Assembly: GCA_047495785.1 (NCBI GenBank)
Contig: JBLDXI010000046.1
Span: 558,001-622,000, forward strand
Reading direction: 5' to 3'
DNA from: Lepidodermella squamata
Lineage: Eukaryota > Animalia > Gastrotricha
Length of the DNA: 64,000 bases
Positions 56,153 to 64,000 of this stretch are shown one piece after another. Made by a program: the position numbers and the translations under genes. A model generated the notes under the pieces. It saw only the letters and a program-made list of their open reading frames with translations, made no database searches and was not told the origin of the DNA. The number at the start of each line of letters is the position of its first letter. Position 1 is the stretch's first letter.

Positions 56153-56901
56153 CTTGGCTGATAAGGAAATCGGTCTTCTTCATCCTGATATATAAGATAC
56201 ATGCTGTATGTCATATTACATCGACGTCAGTTGGTAAAAATGGGCAAAATGCTGTTTCCTAATATGGCCTGATGAATATCGATGATGTTCGGGCGTCTCG
56301 AATTTCCGCACGCCTGCCCACGCTCGGTTGATTGAGTTTGATAGACGGCAGTGAGTGGTGAATAATCATCGCTACTACTAGTATAGTAAGCATAAGAGTG
56401 GTGTAAATTTCATGTCTTGAACACGAACGAGTGATAAAAACCAGCTGCGTGCTTATAAAATAAACAAAGGCTTATGCATGGCTACGTCTTGTTTCAAAAT
56501 ATTGCGGATAAAATTTGAAAAAAATCAGAAAAAATGCCGAAAATTCCAGTTCGATAGGAAACCCTCGATGGCTATTGCTGGCAATTTTCCAGAAATTGAT
56601 GTTAAATCTTCAATTTTTTATAATTTTTATTCCGCCGGCCGCTATATTCTTTAGAGTGGATGAAAAAAAATTTGTGTGTAATAGAAAAATGCACACACAA
56701 ACTAACGCCGGCATGCTGAAGTGGGAGCAATAACGAAAGTGAGTGGCGTATAAAAAAGTAACGAAACTCAATAATGAAGATATCGTTATTGTACCGAAAA
56801 GCGATCGGTACTGATTCTGCAAACAACTAGAGCGTGATTTTTTTTCATATCATATCATCTCATCGTCTGAATTTTTCCCAAAAAAAGTCAAGAGACGAAA
56901 A

Positions 56902-58648
56902 ATGGCAAGCTACACTGACGACGACGATTTGGTGCGAGTAAATTTTAATCAAAACTTTTATTCAACTCCCACTCATTGATTCTGACCTCCAAAATACAGG
57001 CTCTGTCTTGCTCAGTGTGTCTCGAGCTGTTTGACTCGCCTCGAATTCTGGCAAATTGCGGCCATTCAGTTTGTAAAGATTGCATCGAGAAAATGTATCG
57101 CCATCGGTCTTTCAGCAATACGTCATCGTCGTCGCGGCACTCTCATTCACATCACAGCCACCGCAATTCCGTCACTTGCCCAGAGTGCTCACAACTTAGC
57201 CCGGTCGCAAATGGCGATGTTAATGGTAAATTAACGCGATATAAATTGATCGTGCTATATTTTGTGTGTATCTTGAATATAGGAATGGCGATGAATTACC
57301 CGGTCCAGCAGGCCGCGGATATTTTACGGCGGCAAAACACTATGCCGAAAATGCCTACAGCGCGCCAAGTTACCAAAGACGACGCAGCTTTACGCGAAAA
57401 ATTGAAGGGGGACATCGAATTGTTGGTAAGTTCTCCTTAGTTACTCGGTTGCTAAGGACGCTAGATTTCCTCTTTTTACAGCTCGAGCAGCGGAAGAAAG
57501 TGGTTAACGAGCAGTTACCAGCGCTTTTGGACCGAGCAACGAAGAATGTCGAGCGGCATGTGAACCATGTTTCGGACGATCTCCGGAAATCTCATGCCGA
57601 GCTGCGGTCGAAGATAAATGCGCTACTAAGGCAGCGGGAAGAGCAAGCGTTGAAAGCAGCACGCGATCAGGGCGAGGCGCAGCTCACCAAGTATCGGCGC
57701 AGTCTTGAAAAGGCCGCTGAATGCTACTACCCGAGCGATGATTATCATTTGAGCAGCGACAGTTCTCTAGCCGCAATGTTTGGTATCTACAACCAGATCT
57801 CATCGGAGGACTCGCAGTTACTAAGGGCTATGAACGAGGTTGAGAAGCATGGCGTGAATGGTCGCCTTATTCTATTTCACGACGACTCTATCATCTTCGA
57901 CGCAGTTGAGGAGGCTCTGAATTCCTCGAGCAATTTGATCTTCAAATGGACAGGGCAATTAACGTTGGAAGAGGCGATTTGCCTACTTCATTCAGCAGCG
58001 GCAAAGGGTGATTTATCAACAGTTCGCGAGATTTGCGAGCACCCCCTACCACAAGGCGCGCAGAAGAAGGACTTGATCGAGCATAAGGATCCGGACAACT
58101 TTGACCGAACCCCTTTCCTCCGAGCTGCAATGGAAGGCCATATTGATATCGCTCGGTATCTCATGAACAAAATGAACGCTAACACACATGCGAAAGACTC
58201 GAAGTTAGGGTCGAATGCTCTACACCTCGCGGCTCAAAACGGCCATTTGGAAATGGTTCAGCTACTCTGTGATGAGATCCCGGATCTGATTGAAGGGAAG
58301 GATATCCACTGTTCAACCCCTCTCTACCGCGCTTCCCAGGTCGGCCACCTACCTGTCGTTAAGTTTTTGATCGATGTTAAACGCGCGAATTACGAGAGTC
58401 GCGGCTATGCTGGCCGGACGCCGTTGTTAGTAGCCGCTGGCGAGGGTCACCTGCCCGTTGTAGAATTTCTGGTCAAACGAGGCGCGGATGTTACGTCTCG
58501 GGATGATGAGTCGAAAATGACAGCGTTAAAATTAGCCGCTCATTTCGGGCATAGCGATGTCGTTGAATTTCTTCAGAAGTTACGAGCATTTAGTCATAAA
58601 TCCCCGCATGATTCACTAGAAAAGTCGCATAGCAACGACACAAAATGA
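56902..58648 (+). CDS. RING (C3HC4) - coiled coil - ankyrin repeat protein, putative E3 ligase
   Basis: Exon 1 MASYTDDDDL; CSVCLELFDSPRILANCGHSVCKDC...CPEC; helical region; about six ankyrin repeats (TPFLRAAMEGH, NALHLAAQNGH, TPLLVAAGEGH). Three short introns. Confidence 0.85.
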
Positions 58649-59107
58649 CTCGAAAAGATTGGCAAATATTGATAAATAAAATGTTTTGTCTTTTTTGGAA
58701 AAAATCTTCTGATGGAATCTGATGAAAACGAATACATCTTTTTCCATCTAACAGGAACGAATTTTGGACTCTGATTTCAAGTGTTTTCATAGCTTGGGTA
58801 TTTTTGGGTATCGCCAGCGGTCTTCATACTCAGACTTCTCGAATTGATTGTCCGTGAAACCTCATCTTTGATCAATAGCAGTTTTATGTGGATGAAGCCT
58901 TTGAAAATCGAATAAAACAATAAAGTTTATGTAAAAAATGCAGGTGCGCATCAGATATGATGTGTGATAGAATTACAGAGAAGCGCAATTCCGGATTAGG
59001 CGCGGTTTTAGTCACTAGGTACGAGTTTTTGATTACTTATTATAGCTAAATCCAGCCGAGTACACAGCTCGCTAGTTTGAAAGCAGCATTTGCTAATAAA
59101 TGCCGCA

Positions 59108-60047
59108 ATGTCTCGATCATATTTCTCCGTTTTGATTTTTGTTGTCATAGCCTTCGAAAAAATCAACTGCCAGGGATATTTTTGTAACCACAGTTAGTTA
59201 TAGCCAATAATTTTACTAATTTCCCAGAATTATTTGTCTTGTTTCAGCAAATTATCGTCTGTTTGTTCCTTTCTCTGATGTGTCCAAACCTTGGCGTGGC
59301 TCTTATCAGAATGCTTCGGGAATGTGCCGTAATCTCGGGCATACCATTGCCAATAATTTGCAATGCATCACTGATATGTTGAAGAGCAGCTTTATCGAAA
59401 AAGAGGCCATGAATTCAAACTTATTCTGGGCAACTAATGGAGTGTGTTTACACTGGCCTTCCGGGAATTATTCGTCATTTTGCAACGAAACAGCCGCTGT
59501 TATTTGTCAAGGATTCTCAACTGAAGATCACAAGTTCATAGATTACGCAGCGTCATCAAACGTGACCCTTTCTCTGAAATTTTCTTTTTTCTGAACTTCT
59601 TCTGTTTTTTAGGTCAAACGAGAGCACCACCACAAAAATGGCGGGAAATCAACATTTTCAGAGCTTTTAGATCCATTCTACCTAACTTGCGCTATCTTGG
59701 GAGCTGTTCTCTTTGTTACGATAATAGCCGCCGCAGTATTTCGGTATATTCAGCCTTCAGCAATCAGCCACCTAAGAAAACCTAATTTTGTGTAACAGAA
59801 TGGCGATTATTGTGTCGCAGTATTCTTTCCGCGGAGTGGTAAGTAGTTTCATGATTTAATCACTTATAGTAACAAAGGATCCTTAGCCTGGTGACCCTGA
59901 GACAATCGAGGCGAACCAAATGGCACTTAATTTATCTAACGCTGAAGCGAAATCAGGTCAACAGGTGAGTCATGAAAAAATAGTAACACAACTCTATTGA
60001 ATTAATCTTTTGTTAAGCCTCAAATGATCGCGGATGTAAGCCGATAA
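59108..60047 (+). CDS. Type I membrane protein with a degenerate C-type-lectin-like domain, multi-exon
   Basis: Signal peptide MSRSYFSVLIFVVIAF; SYQNASGMC...FW...C...CNETAAVICQ; TM FYLTCAILGAVLFVTIIAAAVF; short 3' exons. End approximate. Confidence 0.55.
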
Positions 60048-60238
60048 GACGTAATGCACGGGCATGATCCTTTTCGACAAATCTTCGTTAACATTTTTCC
60101 TCGTTTATTATTGTCAAAAGCGTGATCTTGTGCATTATAAAAGTGACTGATTGTTTTAGGCTCGAAAATAATTATCATCAGTGCAATAGGTGAGCATTAT
60201 AATTCAAATCACCATGGAATTACTGCGATTAATATCAT

Positions 60239-61212
60239 CTAATACAGAAATTTATGTGTTACCAACGATATCGCTATAGACAATACGAAAGAGCACTTAA
60301 TCAATGCACCAGAGTTAGTGTTACCAGTAATTAGTTGTTGAACTCCTTCAGGTCTTTGAACAGCCTCTTTCGGCGTCTCAGTTGAGGGCGAAACTGTTGA
60401 GACGGGGGCTCCAGATTCTGCAGTAACAGTAGTGTCCTTGTCAAATAGCGATTTCACACTCCCAGCTTTTGGTCTAAGGCTTTGCTTGAAGAAAGCCGGC
60501 CATGAATTCGCCAATTTTTCCTTAGTAGGCGTAACTAACGCTACAAGAGCCGGTTCTTGATGTAAAATGGTCGCTTTCGTGATGTCCAACGGATGAAACG
60601 ACCCATTCGCCATTCTCAGAGATAATTCATCCTCCTTAAAGATGTAAGCTGTATGAACAACATCAGATCCATTGATAGGTTGAGCTGCGATAGTTAGGAA
60701 TTTTCTCGGCACATTAACACGCCGGTAGAAAATTCCGAGTAAATCATCCTTCCGCACTGCGAATGGGTTCGGGAGGTTAACCGTTATCCACGTTCGCACT
60801 AATTCGGTCGCATTAGCCTCAGTTAATGATAGATGGGCTATTAGCGTGAAATTGACTAAATTGAAGCGAAGACCATCCTCGGACCGCCGGAAAACAGCTA
60901 GATGGAGGTTTTTGATTTCCTCTGTCATTGTTAAGAACCGCCACGATCGAAGATAGCCATCACATGAGACACGAGACGAGCCGAAAATTTGAAGCGCGCC
61001 TCTTCTCGCCTTGAAATAATGCGCGGTGTGATATCGGAAGTCATGCGGAACTGTAAGGGCTAACGAAGCGTTACTACAATATTGACCTAGAAAAATACAT
61101 TTTTTAAGGTGGATTTTTTATTAAATAAAGAAATCGCACCATCTTCGAGAGTTTTAGCGTTTGATGTCGCGAGAATTGTCGCAACCAGCAGCGGTCGAAT
61201 TATGAAGTGCAT
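60239..61212 (-). CDS. Secreted, probably GPI-anchored protein of unknown function (2 exons)
   Basis: Signal peptide MHFIIRPLLVATILATSNA; intron about 61139-61088; CDGYLRSWRF..LAVFRR..DDLLGI domain; S/T/P stalk; hydrophobic C-terminus after NSG. Confidence 0.65.
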
Positions 61213-62058
61213 AACGCGGCGTGTTGTGAAAACTGGCAAAAGTAACGAGTTTCTTTTTTATCCGCCACCGCCGCCGCCACCACATTCCACGCGGCTCATG
61301 TTGATGTTGTTATTTCTGTAGGCCGTCATCACTAGTGTTATGATAGCAATATCCGGTGAGAGTGGCAACACGATTATGATGTTGAGCGAACTTTTTTTCT
61401 GATGTTTATGATTTTCGGCGGCTGCGACGTGTTGCCGCGCATTTCTCGCCGCGTTTTGTTTACGCAACGTTTTATTTTGCGCGCGCGCAACGTTGCTAAC
61501 TCCGTGCGCCAAGTTATTATTTGCGAGATATATGCCGGTTAATTTGCTAAGCACGCGCACGCACAATGCAAACAATTAATTCGCCCGCTGTGGGCATTGT
61601 CATATCGCGCGTAACAATAAAATGCGCTTAACACTTGCACCCGGCATTTATTAACACGTACCTCAAGATCACTTGAAGTCGGCGGCTTTTTGGCGTAAAT
61701 TTTCTTTCTGTTTTTCTGAGACAAATAGTAACCCCAAAAAAGCTTCCCGCTTGAGTTTTAGTCCAAATCTGAATCTCGATACGGAATGTGAAAAATGACG
61801 ACCATAACACGGGATTATTGTAATCTGAACATGCCGCTTTGAATCTTCATAAATGTTTACTACATGAATCCAGAATCCAGGTCTGACGATATGGTGAATT
61901 TTGTTAAGTTCCAGCAGAGAGCTTCATCTAGTTTCTGGGAGGAAAATAAGCATTAAAAATGTCAACCCCGTCAAAACAAACGGAAGGTTAACATTGAAAG
62001 AAACTAAATAAGCAGAAATTAAGTTCTGAATGAAGAGGTTTCGATATTTTATAGGAGA

Positions 62059-63725
62059 TTAATTGATTTCGCTGATATTCCAGTAATTCTTGTCCGCGGT
62101 TCAGCATCCGTCGACGGTGCATGTAGCTAGAATCGCATCTTTGCCTAGGATTTTCAGAAATATTTCAAGAACTCACGCAATATCCCTGAAAAGATTTACA
62201 ATTTAATATTCAATATGTTTTAATAATTTGAACGATAACTACGTTTCTTGCAATCGTTCCCAGTCCAGCCAGATTCGCACAAGCATTGATTCGGTGCGAT
62301 GCATTCGCCTCGAAGAAAGCATCTCGTTCGGCATCTCGCTGAATGATAAATATGGGTCGATATTATACAAATTAGCTTGAAAGAATTTTACGCATGGAGC
62401 AATCGGGAGGTTGCCAGTCATCAGTACATTGGCACAAATTAGGTCGAATGCAAGTCCCACCGTTCGAACAAGAAGAGCTGCAAACAGCTGTTAGCACGAG
62501 ATTGGGATAGGAATTATTCTATCGAAACTGAACTTACGGGTGTCACACAGATTTCCAACCCATCCGGGGCCACAAGCGCAAACATTTCCGGCTTTGCAAA
62601 ATCCACCTGGCCCACATTTCGGATCGCAGCTTGCTGTGGGAACAAAATATAAATCACCTTAATGTCTTCAAGTCGTTTGCTCACGTGTGCTACAGGTGCT
62701 ACAGGTGAGACCGGACCATCCAGGTTGACAGGTGCATCGAAAGCCCCCACTTTTCGCCAAATCGCCGACGCATGTACCGGTCAGGCAATTAGTGGGACAC
62801 GTTATTTCTAGAAAGCAATAGGCAAACAAATGTTCAAGCTAGGAATTACATATCGCCTACGATTTATCGATTGACACTGTTGACGCAGCGTTGCTAGTTG
62901 ATCTGGCGTGAAAGCAGTTTTGTAAAGCGAAATGCAGGCGTATTTGTTGTTGAAGGCCCCATTGAAAGCAGGCTGGTATCTAAACATGAGAATTGGGACA
63001 AATAGACCTCAATAGCTCTAAAAATGGCCCAGTAGGCTCAACAGTTAGGAGTGGATTAGGGTTTTTAGATCAGAGTAATCTTTTTTTTACCTGTGTCCAA
63101 GCAGTAATGTCCTGCTGGTCACTGGGGCTGACGATATTCGAGAACTGCTCAATGTACCATCACAAGCAACGAAAAAAGTCCCGTTAGTCGCATTATAAAC
63201 AACGGCAACAAATCTCCACTGCGAAACATTACATGGAAAATCGTCGACAACTTGTCTAACGGTTGCTGAAGTGTTGGAATATAACAAATTTGGTTGCATA
63301 TCTCCTTGGTTTGCGTTGTTGAATCTCCACAGATTGGCATAGTTCCCAGTTGTGTTACTGAACTCAAAAATAGAGCCACGGGTGGGTATGAAAACATAAC
63401 ACGCGATGGTGTATGAAGAGTTGCCAAATAGGAATAAATCATTAGTGACTTCGATCCAACTCGTGATGTCCAGTTAGTTAGTCTCATAGGCAGTATTTGG
63501 CGAACCGAATGGTCCGACAGTTAGGACACCGCTAGTTGTCTTGAAGATCGCATCGAGTTTGTTCGGCGACAGATCCCTTAAACCAAATACAGCTTTCAAC
63601 GGCCAGTAGAAGACAGCTGGTGGTAGTCTATCTTGATTCCACAAAAACCTGGCTAAATAAACCTGTGAATTCGACTCGAAAACGATGGCTGAGAGGAAAA
63701 TAGCTTGCGACAGTAGTTTTTTCAT
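62059..63725 (-). pseudogene. LamG/ConA-like domain plus EGF-repeat secreted protein with one in-frame TAA
   Basis: Signal peptide, FYWPL, GPFG, WRFVAVVYN, then at least four one-exon EGF repeats. TAA at 63476-63474 lies inside a frame that stays open to the donor near 63089. 3' end approximate. Confidence 0.6.
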
Positions 63726-64000
63726 TATCTGGTAAAATATTGGGGAAAGTTGGGTGCAAGGATCATTTTCTCAGCGAGATGCTTCTTTTTTCATCGATCA
63801 AATGTCTGGGAAAACATGAACGATCGAACTGGCTTGTATTACGCTTTGCGAAAAATTATGAGCGACGTTAATAAATTGATAATATCCAACAGGTTTACTG
63901 AAAAATATAGGTCGAAAACTCATACGCTTGCTCGGAGAAAACATAAACAGAAGATAATAACAAGATCTGTCATTTTCACAGCATTTTCAAATTTTTGACG

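Noticed and set aside
1-64000. tRNA, rRNA or other structured ncRNA genes; host species assignment
   Set aside because: No such genes were recognisable by eye, and the sequence supports only a compact-intron metazoan assignment.

Overview
Eukaryotic, apparently metazoan, genomic DNA with very short GT-AG introns (about 35-75 nt). The host genes mostly encode secreted or cell-surface proteins: a small PAN/apple protein, an EGF-ZP protein, intronless GABA-B-like class C GPCRs (two intact, one pseudogene, one fragment), C-type lectins, a GPI-anchored protein and a LamG-EGF protein, plus a RING-coiled-coil-ankyrin protein. The main structure is a Cys-loop ligand-gated ion channel gene with an unusual two-repeat N-terminal extension, whose halves (42313-40987 and about 10800-9038, minus strand) are separated by a 30-kb block (10802-40957). 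That block is bounded by the outward-facing 5' ends of two related Helentron/Helitron2-type elements with subterminal inverted repeat TGGGCAGGTCCC and a 3' hairpin. The large element (about 12 kb) encodes a Rep-Pif1 helicase fused to a complete USP/C19 deubiquitinase domain, plus an RPA-like OB-fold gene. It is inactivated by a TA-flanked Tc1/mariner-type insertion carrying a 190-bp satellite and by a Walker A deletion. A recent Tf1/sushi-type self-priming chromovirus LTR retrotransposon (44704-49641, ATTG target duplication) interrupts the second GPCR. Everything was read by eye; no searches or alignments were run.
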